From contig OZ320313.1 in NCBI GenBank assembly GCA_976226885.1, positions 38,998,001 through 39,062,000 of the forward strand: 64,000 bases of DNA, read 5' to 3'. The notes under the pieces were generated by a model. That model did not search any database. It worked only from the letters and a program-made list of their open reading frames with translations, and had not been told where the DNA came from. Of the stretch, positions 25,527 through 35,099 are shown piece by piece (position 1 is the stretch's first letter; the number at the start of each line of letters is the position of its first letter). Source of the DNA: Iphione sp. A-MEVVRFRX5 (Eukaryota). Made by a program: the position numbers and the translations under genes.

Positions 25527-26756
25527 ATTGGTGGCAGCGGTGGGATACCTGCCCTAGGGGCTGAGGCGGAAGAGGAGGCGGAGGTAGTCAAGCTCCGGGC
25601 GGAGTCGGCGGAGCCCGCCGGGTCAGCGGAGGTCGCCGAAGAGCTGCCGGAGCCCGCCTGGCTCCGCCCGGAACCCGCCACTGACTGGGACGCACAGTCC
25701 ATGGAGGGGAGCCAGCCTCTGGGTAGCGGGGATGCCCAAACAAGAGATGAGGTGGGGCATGGGACTGACGAGGAAGAAAGAGAGCACGGAGCCCCTACCT
25801 CATCCGCCCCACACAGATTCAATGAGGACACTGATGACCACCCTCCTCCAGAGGAAGACGAAGGAGAGGGGGAGCCGACCGACCAGGCAGCTGAACCGCT
25901 TTGGACTAGCTTTGTCCGGGAGTTGAGTTCTGCCCTTCGACCGGAAGGAGGAAGTAAGAAGAGCCTGGTGAAACCTGACACTTACGGTGGGAGTACGCCC
26001 TTGTGGGACTTCCTACAACATTTTGAGCTGATGGCCTTGGCAAACCACTGGGGGACCGGAGAGAAAGCCATCCAGTTAGGCATCACCTTGAGGAAGTCGG
26101 CTCGGGCGGTCCTACGGAGTTCGGGGATCGACGTGGAGAAGCCCCGAGCTTACCAGGAACTGGTGGCCGCCCTCACGGAGAGGTTCCAGTCCAAGCACCA
26201 GACAGATGCATACATCCAGCAACTGAAGGGGCATCGGCAGGGGAAGGCCGAGGCCCTGGCGGACCTTGCAGACGAAATTGAGCAATTGATACAGCTGGCC
26301 TACCCCGAGGCGAAGGGGGCCTGGAAGGACCGGATGTGTCGCGAATACTACGTCGGGGCCCTCAGCAACGAGAAAATTCGGAAGTGGGTGACCCAGGCCC
26401 GAGTGGCAACCTTCCGTGAGGCGTTGTCAGCATCGCAAGTAGCGGAATCTTACTATCAGCACAAGTCCGAAAGGGTTGGACCCAAGCGTGTGCATAAGCT
26501 GGAAGTGGCCACGGGGGAAGCTCCGACCAACAAGCCCACCCCCGGGACCGAGGCTACAGCGGCGGGCTTCGAGCGACTGGAGCTCCTGCTCCAACAGCTA
26601 CTGGCAGGCCAACAAGGGGTGGAGAAGGAGAATCGCCGGCCGAATAACAAGAAATGCTTCAATTGCGGGGAACTCGGGCATTTCAAGCGCAACTGTCCCC
26701 AGCCCTTGAAGGAGCAACCGTCGGGAAACGGGGTGGCGGCCGCCCCTCGCCAGTAG
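25503..26756 (+). CDS. gag: Gag (capsid-like region and CCHC zinc knuckle)
   Basis: 417-aa ORF with KPDTYGG..W.DFLQHFE...N.W and CFNCGELGHFKRNC. The first ATG lies in the LTR; the next in-frame ATG is at 25701. Confidence 0.92.
   Translation: MSLRSGRTIGGSGGIPALGAEAEEEAEVVKLRAESAEPAGSAEVAEELPEPAWLRPEPATDWDAQSMEGSQPLGSGDAQTRDEVGHGTDEEEREHGAPTSSAPHRFNEDTDDHPPPEEDEGEGEPTDQAAEPLWTSFVRELSSALRPEGGSKKSLVKPDTYGGSTPLWDFLQHFELMALANHWGTGEKAIQLGITLRKSARAVLRSSGIDVEKPRAYQELVAALTERFQSKHQTDAYIQQLKGHRQGKAEALADLADEIEQLIQLAYPEAKGAWKDRMCREYYVGALSNEKIRKWVTQARVATFREALSASQVAESYYQHKSERVGPKRVHKLEVATGEAPTNKPTPGTEATAAGFERLELLLQQLLAGQQGVEKENRRPNNKKCFNCGELGHFKRNCPQPLKEQPSGNGVAAAPRQ
25529..25546 (+). promoter_or_regulatory. 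primer-binding site complementary to tRNA-Leu (AAG/TAG type)
   Basis: TGGTGGCAGCGGTGGGAT is the reverse complement of the eukaryotic tRNA-Leu 3' end ATCCCACCGCTGCCA-CCA, and lies 2 nt after the LTR. Confidence 0.88.
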
Positions 26757-29700
26757 AGAGGGCGGCCAGTCCCCGACCCCACTTGGAAGAACATCTCCGG
26801 ATGATTCAGCTGTCCTGTGGGCGGGAAGTCACTCTGGAAGGGGAGAGTGGCCCCACAACGAACATCACGCTACCTAGTGAAATCGATGATCGGATAGTCC
26901 CCTGGTTAGTGGATACCGGAGCGTCGCTGACCCTGCTGTCGGAAGAAGTCGCCGACACCCTGCCGCTCGGAGAATTGGAGCCGACAGTGGGGCGGATTTT
27001 GTGTGCAGACGGGAAACCCCTACGAGTGAAGGGGTGGACGAGGTTGAAGGCGAGTTTCCAAGGGATCGAGCTGGAAGTCAAGGCTTGGGTTGCCCAAATC
27101 GACTGCCCCGCCATCTTGGGGCTGGACACGCTTCGCAAATGGAAAGCACAGGTGGACACGGAGGGGGCCGCACTGCGGGTGCGGGTCCCCGAGGACAACG
27201 GCGCGGGTGGATGCCGGGCAGAGTTGGCGGAAGATTGCCACCTGGACGGGAGGAGCGCGGTGCAGGCCCCCTTGCGATGGGCAGGGCTGGAGACCGACAC
27301 TGGACCTGTGGTGGTGGAAGCCTCCCCCGAGTGGGAGGGTCGCTCGGGGATGCTACTGGCACAGACGGTGTGCCAGGTGGGAAGTCAGTCCGGAGTGGCG
27401 GAGATAACCAACCCTGGCCCCGTGGGGCGTCGACTGAGAAAGGGAACCGTTGTCGGCAGGGTCCAGCGGGTGGATGGGCCGGTGCAGGCCGTTCCGGAGT
27501 GCGAAGAGGTGGCGGACGAGGACGTGGAGCTAGGACCAGCGCTCAGGACCCTGCTAGAGCGCCTACCACCCATGACTACAGATGAGCGGCAAGGGGTCGA
27601 ACAGATGTTGCAGCGTAACGCGCGCTGTTTCCAGGAGGACGGGCAACCACTTGGGCACACTGACACGGTTCAGCATCGGATTGACGTACAAGGACATGCC
27701 CCTATCCAGCAGAGGGTACGCCGCCTTCCCCCGGTGAAGAAAGCGCTGGTACAGCAAGAAGTGGACCGGATGCTGCAGCAGGGGGTACTAGAGGCCTCTA
27801 CCAGCCCGTGGGCGTCTCCCGTGGTTCTGGTCCGGAAGAAGGACCAATCCTGGCGATTTTGCATCGACTACCGTGCCCTTAATCGAGTAACAAAGAAGGA
27901 TGCCTACCCCCTTCCGCGGATTGATGAGACATTGGACGTGTTGGAGGGAGCACGTTTTTTTTCGGCAATCGACCTGGCCAGTGGCTATTGGCAGGTAGGG
28001 GTGAGACCAGAGGATCGAGAGAAGACGGCTGTTTGTACTCCAGGTGGGCTCTACCAGTTCCGGGTCATGCCCTTCGGACTGTGTAATGCGCCCTCCACCT
28101 TCGAGCGGTTGATGGAGGCGGTGCTCCGCGGCCTGGTTGGACAGTCTTGCCTGGTCTACCTGGACGATGTGATCATGATAGGGAGGACGGTAGAAGAAAT
28201 GACCCGCCGACTTGACGAAGTCTTCGGCCGCCTGGGGGAGGCCGGACTTAAAGTAAAGCCGCAGAAGTGTCAGTTGTTCCAGAGGGAGGTGGCCTATCTG
28301 GGGCATCGTGTGTCTGAAGAGGGGGTCCAGCCTGACCCTGAGAAGATCCGGGCCATCCAAGAGTGGCCTCCACCGCGCTGCATCACAGAATTGAGGAGCT
28401 TCATCGGACTGTGCTCCTACTACAGGAGCTTCGTGGAGGGGTTCGCAATGCTGGCGGCCCCTCTGCACGGACTCTTGGAGAAAGGACAGGAGTATCGCTG
28501 GGATACCGAATGTCAGCAGGCGTTTGAACAATTGAAGGGACGGTTGGTGATGGCCCCCGTCTTGGCGTACCCGCGACCGGAGGGACAGCTAGTGCTGGAC
28601 ACCGATGCGTCAGCGGCTGGAATCGGAGCCGTACTGTCACAAGAACAGCAAGGACGGGAGCGGGTGTTGGCCTACGCCAGTCGTAGTCTCGCGCGTCCAG
28701 AGAAGAACTACTGTGTCACCCGGAAAGAACTGTTGGCGGTAGTCTTCGGCCTGCGTAAGTTTCGCTCTTATGTTGGGGGGCGAAAGGTGGTCGTCCGGAC
28801 GGACCATAGTTCATTACGTTGGCTATGCAGCTTCAAGGAACCGGAGGGACAGTTGGCCCGTTGGCTCGAGGAAGTCCACTGTTATGACTTGGAGGTGATA
28901 CACCGCCCGGGAAGAAAGCACGGGAACGCCGATGGCCTTTCGCGAGTCAAGTGCCCCCAGTGTGGACGGGACCCGGAGGAGGATCTGCCGACCCTGGGGC
29001 AAGTCGCTACGGTGTTGGTGGCCCCTACTGCATTGGACTCCCTAGCCCAAGCCCAGAAGGCTGAGCCCGAAGTGGCGGCCCTCATTCAAGCCTGGGAGGC
29101 GGAAGAGCCCCTTCCTGGACTGACTGGTAGTGATTCCCCGGAGGGGAGGTGGCTGAAGAGCGAGTCACGGCGGCTGAAGATGAAAGACAATCTGCTTTGT
29201 CGACGCTGGGAGGCGGAGGACAGAACGCTGTGTTACCAGGCTTACGTGCCCCAGCCATTGAGGTACGACATCTGGCGTGAAGTCCACACGGGAGCGCTGG
29301 GAGGGCATCTCGGCGCCGAGAAGACAGAAGGTGCCCTCCGTCGGAAATATTGCTGGCCAGGACTCCGACGTGATGTGGAACGTTGGGTGAAGGCTTGCCG
29401 TGAGTGCCAGCAGCGACAGGATCCGGCTCGCCGGCACCGGGCTCCCCTTCAGCTTCGGGTGGCTCCGGCCCCGTGGGAGTTCGTAGCCGTGGATGTGTGC
29501 GGACCTTTCCCCGAGACCGAGCGAGGAAACAAGTACATCATTGTGGTGGCGGATCACTTTACGAAGTGGACGGAGGCGTTCCCCACTCCGGAGGTCACGG
29601 CGGCGAAGACAGCAGACGTCCTACTCCGAGAAATCATCTGTCGATACGGCCCCCCCCCGTATTCTTCATTCCGACCAGGGCCGGAACTTCGAGGCGGCAG

Positions 29701-30902
29701 TGATGCGGGAACTCCTACAGATGCTGGGCATTCAACGGTCACGCACAACTCCGTACCATCCCCAGAGTGATGGAGTCATCGAAAGGTTCAACCGCACCCT
29801 CTTAGGAATGTTGGCCAAGGTGGTCCGGGAAGATCAATCCGACTGGGACCTCCGAGTGCCCTTCGTTCTGGCAGCCTACCGGGCTACCCCGCACTGTACC
29901 ACCGGGTTCTCTCCGAACTGGTTAACCTTACAACGCGAGACCACGCTTCCGGTGGAGCTGATGGTGGGCAGCCCCCGAGACGAGCCGCAATCAGCTTCCG
30001 ACTATGCCAAGCAGATTAGGGAGCGCTACATTCAAGGCCACCAGTTAGCCCGGCGCCACCTACAGAAGTCGGCTGAGCATCAGAAGGATTGGTACGATCA
30101 GCGAGTTCGTGAGCAAGAATTCGACGTTGGCGATCAAGTTTGGGTCTACTCACCGATAAAGAAGAAGGGGCGGTCCCCCAAATTGCAAAGTCGCTGGTTA
30201 GGACCGTGGACGATTCAAGCCAGGCTCAGTGCTGTCATCTACCGCATCTCTCGAAACCAGAAGACTCGGGTTGTCCATGCAGATCTGCTAAAGAAAGCGA
30301 TCTCTCCTAGTTCAGAGGAAGAAGAAAGACTCGGGCGAGTGTGTGTCGTCACCCTGATGCCGGACACGGATGCGGCCCCGGGGGGTGCGGGCCAACCTAC
30401 TGTGCCCCCGCCCCGCTGGTACCGCTGTAGGCCTAAGACAACTGGCCAGCCGCCTGTGGTTCCACAGGAGCACCAGGGACAACAGGATGCCCCCGCCCCA
30501 GCAACGCCCTCCAATACGACGGATCCCCCAAGGCTGGGTGGACTTGGTGGCCCGGGAACTCCGTCTCCTGAGCGACCGGACTTGCCAAGTCCTGCTCCAA
30601 TCGCGGGAAGTCGCGGGACGGAAGAGAGGAGAGAAGCCAGGCCCACGCCCAGGGACCTACCATCGGGCATGGCAGAGACTGCGAGGAATCAGGAGGAGGT
30701 TGCAGAGACAGTATGGCGGACGCGCGGTGCAGCACCTGGTGGAGACCCTCTGGAGGAAGATCGGAGAAAGAAGACACCCAGCCTGGGGACGGCGACAGTT
30801 GAAGACGTCGAGCGGAACTCGCCCGGAGCCCGTGGCGGAGCACGCCCTAACGGGGTGGAGCCCGCCCGGAGCTCAGCCTCTGGGCGGGCTCCACCCCGTT
30901 AG
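26654..30902 (+). CDS. pol: Pol (aspartic protease, RT, RNase H, integrase), with one frameshift in integrase
   Basis: Motifs LVDTGAS, YLDD, DTDAS/TDHSSL/NADGLSR, HHCC zinc finger, D-D-E core (VAVDVCGP, HSDQG, IERFN) and GPW. One extra C in the C9 run at 29650-29658 moves the integrase core into the 29493-30902 frame. Confidence 0.93.
26723..26767 (+). promoter_or_regulatory. -1 programmed ribosomal frameshift signal
   Basis: Slippery heptamer G GGA AAC in the correct gag phase, an 8-nt spacer, then hairpin GGCCGCCC-CTC/GCCAGTA loop/GAG-A-GGGCGGCC. Pol is in the -1 frame. Confidence 0.8.
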
Positions 30903-31233
30903 AGATTACACCGCACTCCGCCACCATCCAGCCAATCAGAAGCAGACGCGGGAAGGTTCGACCAATCAGCGACTGGCGGAGCTAGCCCTGAAGGGATATA
31001 AGCTGGCGGCCCTAGAGGAGGCGATTCATTCCGTCCATCGCCGCGCTCTGCCCACCCAGAGATACTTCCCGAATATTTCCCGCCCGGAATTGAGTGCGTC
31101 TGCGGAGGTCTCCGCGGAGTTCGACCGGAGTTCGTCCAAGTCGCTGCCGGAGCTCGCAGACAGGCAGAGCTCGCTACACGAAGCCAGCGGAGCTCACCCG
31201 GCGGAGCTTGCCCTACCGGAATCCGAGAAGACC

Positions 31234-33750
31234 ATGACATCCAGAGGGAGAGCCCAGTACTGCCAGTACTGTGGCTACATTTCTGACAAGCCGGGCAATT
31301 TCGATAGGCACATGTTAACCCATGGGAAGCAGGGGTTCGTCCGCCGCTGTCCGGTGCCCCGTTGCCAGGGGGCACACTTCGGCCGCCGGGATGACTTCCG
31401 GCGGCACCTGGAGAACAAACACAAGCAAGACGCCGACAACCCCATCGTCCTGGGCCAGGACGTAGACCTGGAGTTTATAGACCTGGTCAGTGGCCAGAAC
31501 GTGCCTGTCCCAGAGTGTTGCCGAGAGGAGTACCAGCGGCAGTTGAAGGTGGAGGCGTACGAGCGGGAGAAGGAAGCAGCCATGATCCAGGGGGAGGCCC
31601 CCCCACCGCGACCCAAGTTAGCTCGGAAGCCCCCCCGGGGAAGGAAGGCGTCAGCTGCCGCAGGCCGCCCTCCTCCTCCCCCCCGGGATGACGACGACCC
31701 AGAGGAGGACGAGGATGTGAAGGAAGAGACGGGGGCTACGGAGGGGCCCTGCCTGCGCCCCCGAGTCGGGCGTGGGGGACAAGTCTCCTCCACCGTGGCC
31801 ACACCAGGGGCAGGCCGCCCACCAGTCACCCCGGGTTCTTCGGCCTCGGTAGACATTCCGCTGTTCGGGCTCGACGTGTCGCCAGAGGTTCCAGAGGTGC
31901 GGATCGGCCGCAAGGTCCACAAGTCTACGGGAAAAGCGGCTAACTGAAGTACATCAGCAGGAGAGACGCCCGCCGTTCCTGCACCGGCAAGCCCGGCCGC
32001 ACCGGGGTCCGCCTCTGCCGCCTCCACGCCTGGGGCTGCTCCGGTGCGCAGCCTTCCCCCCACCAGATCCCGACCCGCCGAGTCGTCTGGGGAGTGGCCA
32101 ACCCCCTCCACCCCTGGGAAGGACTTGGACTTCCAGGCCATGCGGGACAAGGCCGATCGAAGGAAGAGGAGGTAGCAGCCACAGACCTCTCCCGTCACCC
32201 TGGCTAGTCTCCCCTCACCTGCAAAGAAGGTCGCCAACATTACGTCCTCCACGATGTCGCCGCTACACCGGGCGGTGATTGCCGCGGGATTTCGGGACCG
32301 CACCCCCCAGTCCACTCCCACTTCCGCTAGTTCGTCCTACAGTGAGGCGGCACAGGAGCTGGACGCGCGACTAGGAGAAGAGTGGGAGAACGTAGAGAGG
32401 GAGGAGCGGCCCACGGACGTGGTGGTGATCGGATCGGATCCGGAGTCAGAGGACGAAACCCAGGTGGAAGACGCTACCGCCGCCTCTGAGCCGTTGGCCG
32501 AGCAGCTCAGCGCGAGCCCGGGGACCCCCTGTGGGCGCATCCGCTACGCCCGGCTGGATGTGGCAGGGGGGGCCCCGGCGGACGATACAGCAGCTGAGGA
32601 TGTTCCCTTGTCCGAGGGGGAAGCCGCCCTCACCCTGGCGGAGCTCGTGGGGGAAGAGCTCCGCCCGGAGCCCCCGGCGACAGAGACCGAACCTGGCGGA
32701 GCTCCCCCCGAGCCGGCTGAGCCCGCCCCTACCCAGCCGCCGGAGACGACTGTTCGGCTCTCAGAGCCTGGCCGGGCTCCACCAACGGGGCACCAACCAG
32801 AGGCACCTGAGCAGCCGCTGACGATGCCGGAGCCCGATACCAGGGTTGAGCCTACCCCCCCGGCACTCCCGGGACGGCGCACTGAAGCAGGGGCAGGGGA
32901 GACCCTGCCCAAGGAGATCCCCCCGGCACTCCCGGGACGGCGAGGGGAGGAGCCGGCACCTACCTTGCCGGACCCTCCCGAGGAGATCCCCCCGGTGCTT
33001 CCGTGACGGCGCGTAGCAGACGGGCCAGACGCTCCGGCCCCTACCGAGGAACTCCCCCCGGGGCCCCCGGGACGTCGGATTGAGGCAGAGCCCGACGCTG
33101 GGGCTCCCCCTCAGGATATCCCCCCGGCACTCCCGGGACGGCGGACGGATGAAGGACCCGGGGACGAGGCCCAAGGCCCTGCTCTCCCCCTGGCACTCCC
33201 GGGATGGCGACCACCGGCGACCGGAGGCGGAACTGGCGCACCAGCCCAACCCCTGGCTACCAGTACCCCCGCGGGGGAGCCCCCGGGAGCAGCCCAACCG
33301 CGGATAGGGCCGGCCCCGGTGGGCCCCGACCGCCGGACTGAAGTGCGGCCTGGAGCCCGTAGGCAGCTCCTGCTGGACCCTGCCACGGTGGCTGTGACCC
33401 GCTGGGCGCATGCCCGGGTTGTCACCCCCAAGACCTCACCCCCTGCCGGTTGGCGCATTGTTACGGCGGAGGGGACTGCTACCGTGATCCCTCAGAGGGA
33501 CCATACTCGCGCCAGATTCCGGCAGGGGGTGCAGTTGCTGTTACGGACGGCCGACCCTGAAGACACTGAGGAGCCGGGGCACTGGCTTCAGGACAGAGGG
33601 ATTGCTGATCCCAGTCTGGACGTCTCTCAGGTCTCCTCAGAACTGTCCTCTCGCTTGTTGGAGCCTGAACGAGTGGAGTTGTCGTTGGAAGAAGAGTTCC
33701 AGGTGGTGGCCAGGCCAGTACAGGCCCCGGCGGCAACTGCGGAGCGCTGA
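31234..33750 (+). pseudogene. ORF3 of the Gypsy element: two C2H2 zinc fingers, acidic/Pro-rich region, PPALPGRR repeats; three in-frame stops
   Basis: The listed ORFs 30370-31947, 32254-33006 and 33319-33750 share one frame, broken only by TGA 31945, TAG 32173 and TGA 33004. ACCATG at 31234. CQYC-x12-HMLTH and CPVPRC-x13-HLENKH. Confidence 0.8.
32857..33210 (+). repeat. six coding repeats of CCCCCGGCACTCCCGGGACGGCG (PPALPGRR), period 63-69 bp
   Basis: Copies start at 32857, 32920, 32989, 33055, 33121 and 33187. Confidence 0.9.
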
Positions 33751-33767
33751 GATGTTTTGCCGTTACG

Positions 33768-33901
33768 TTGGTCAGTACAGACCTTTTTGTTCAGTAAGGC
33801 TTCCAGCAGTAAGAAGATTGTCAACGGATTTGTTGTTTGGTCAGTACAGACCTTTTTGTTCAAGTAAGGTTTTCAGCAGTAAGAAGATAGTCAACGGATT
33901 T
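33768..33901 (+). repeat. ~69-bp tandem duplication in the retrotransposon 3' UTR
   Basis: TTGGTCAGTACAGACCTTTTTGTTCA...GTCAACGGATTT x2, with a few differences. Confidence 0.9.
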
Positions 33902-33946
33902 TATAGGTTTATTCAATTAGCAGTGGCTCAGGGACTGAGCCTTCTT

Positions 33947-33958
33947 GGGCGGGGGTAA
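33947..33958 (+). promoter_or_regulatory. polypurine tract
   Basis: GGGCGGGGGTAA immediately before an LTR start (TGTTGTGGGCTCCGC at 33959). Confidence 0.75.
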
Positions 33959-33972
33959 TGTTGTGGGCTCCG

Positions 33973-34049
33973 CAGAATGGTGACAGCATCAATTTATTCA
34001 TATGTGACGCAAAACAATGTTACTCGGTATTGAGATAAAACCACTATAA
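33973..34049 (+). repeat. exact copy of the 77-bp host flank 25263-25339, lying between a truncated LTR start and the full 3' LTR
   Basis: CAGAATGGTGACAGC...AAACCACTATAA is identical at both places. Confidence 0.95.
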
Positions 34050-34236
34050 TGTTGCGGGCTCCGCTCAGCGGAGCCTGCTGTCGGCGGAGGTTGAGAATTT
34101 TGGGCTCCGCCCGGAGTAGCATTCTGTATATAAGTCGGGCCGGGCGGAGCTTCGTTGTCATTAGTGTCCTGTCTCTTAAGGAATAAACTTCATCAACTGT
34201 TATCTTGGAGTCATGTCTCTTCGATCGGGGCGAACA
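34050..34236 (+). repeat. 3' LTR (187 bp)
   Basis: Matches the 5' LTR except at 34063, 34076 and 34101. Followed by the TSD ATAA. Confidence 0.95.
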
Positions 34237-34531
34237 ATAAATTCAATAACAAAGTGAACGGCTCATGCATGTACAAATGTACTTGTAGTTCTCATTTGCC
34301 CCATGCATCAACAGCATCATCTGACTATAAATAGAATTTATAATAGAACTGATACCACTGACACGCAGGTAGGATTGTTACAAGAAAGTTGATGTCTACG
34401 TGTTGAACGTGTACATGAAATCAGTAGTACAAAGGAAATATTATTGATGTACCAGAGTTGTTAAGTTAGGTGATAGGTAGCGTTCTCGTAAACTTCAACT
34501 GGATGAATTAATATAAGGAATGGAATATACA

Positions 34532-34682
34532 CAGGCCCGTAGCCAAGGGGGTATCGTCCAATACCCCCCATAGACATATATGACTATAGGCTTTGATAGG
34601 GATAAAAAAAAATTAGTTCCATCCCTGGAGTATTGGGGGTATCGTCCAATACCCCCCAGAAAATTTCCTGGCAATGGGCCTG
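34532..34682. mobile_element. MITE family A, copy 2
   Basis: CAGGCCCGTAGCCAAGG...CCTGGCAATGGGCCTG, with TATACA on both flanks and two internal GGGGGTAT-CGTCCA-ATACCCCC hairpins. Confidence 0.8.
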
Positions 34683-35099
34683 TATACATAACTTACAGTT
34701 CATAAAGCTATATATTGCTTGTTAATAAGGTAAGAGATTGTATATCGGCTTGTAAATCCTGAGTTACAGGGTGTACACATAAACTGTCCTACACATCATG
34801 TGATCAGTATTCTTCGCTACCATAAGAGGAGTGGTAGCGGACAAACTAAGATTTGATTGCTCTGGAGTTTGTCTGCACATTCAGAAAATATGTGTATAAT
34901 AATAGTTAATAGTAGCTATTTGTGGACGTTTTTACAGTTAGTAGTAGTCGCAGGGGAGACCATATTCCTTTAGTCCAGAAGTGGTCCACTAAGTGGGAGT
35001 TGATTGTAGATAAGTATGTCAGAGGAGTCATGAACTCAGAGTTTGTAACCAATCAACAATTTGACATTACAAAGTACCTGCATTGTTGGCCTTCTGTCT

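Larger units (their letters stand above)
25340..34236 (+). mobile_element. Gypsy (Ty3/Metaviridae) LTR retrotransposon, near full length, with an extra ORF
   Basis: 187-bp TG...CA LTRs, 4-bp TSD ATAA (25336-25339 and 34237-34240), PBS, PPT, gag, and PR-RT-RH-INT order in pol. Confidence 0.97.

Noticed and set aside
27220-27480. Possible dUTPase between protease and RT
   Set aside because: The beta-rich spacer is present, but none of the five dUTPase motifs could be recognised.
31275-32321. 348-aa antisense ORF in the retrotransposon
   Set aside because: It is a codon-register mirror of GC-rich ORF3 with no recognisable motifs, so probably a shadow ORF.
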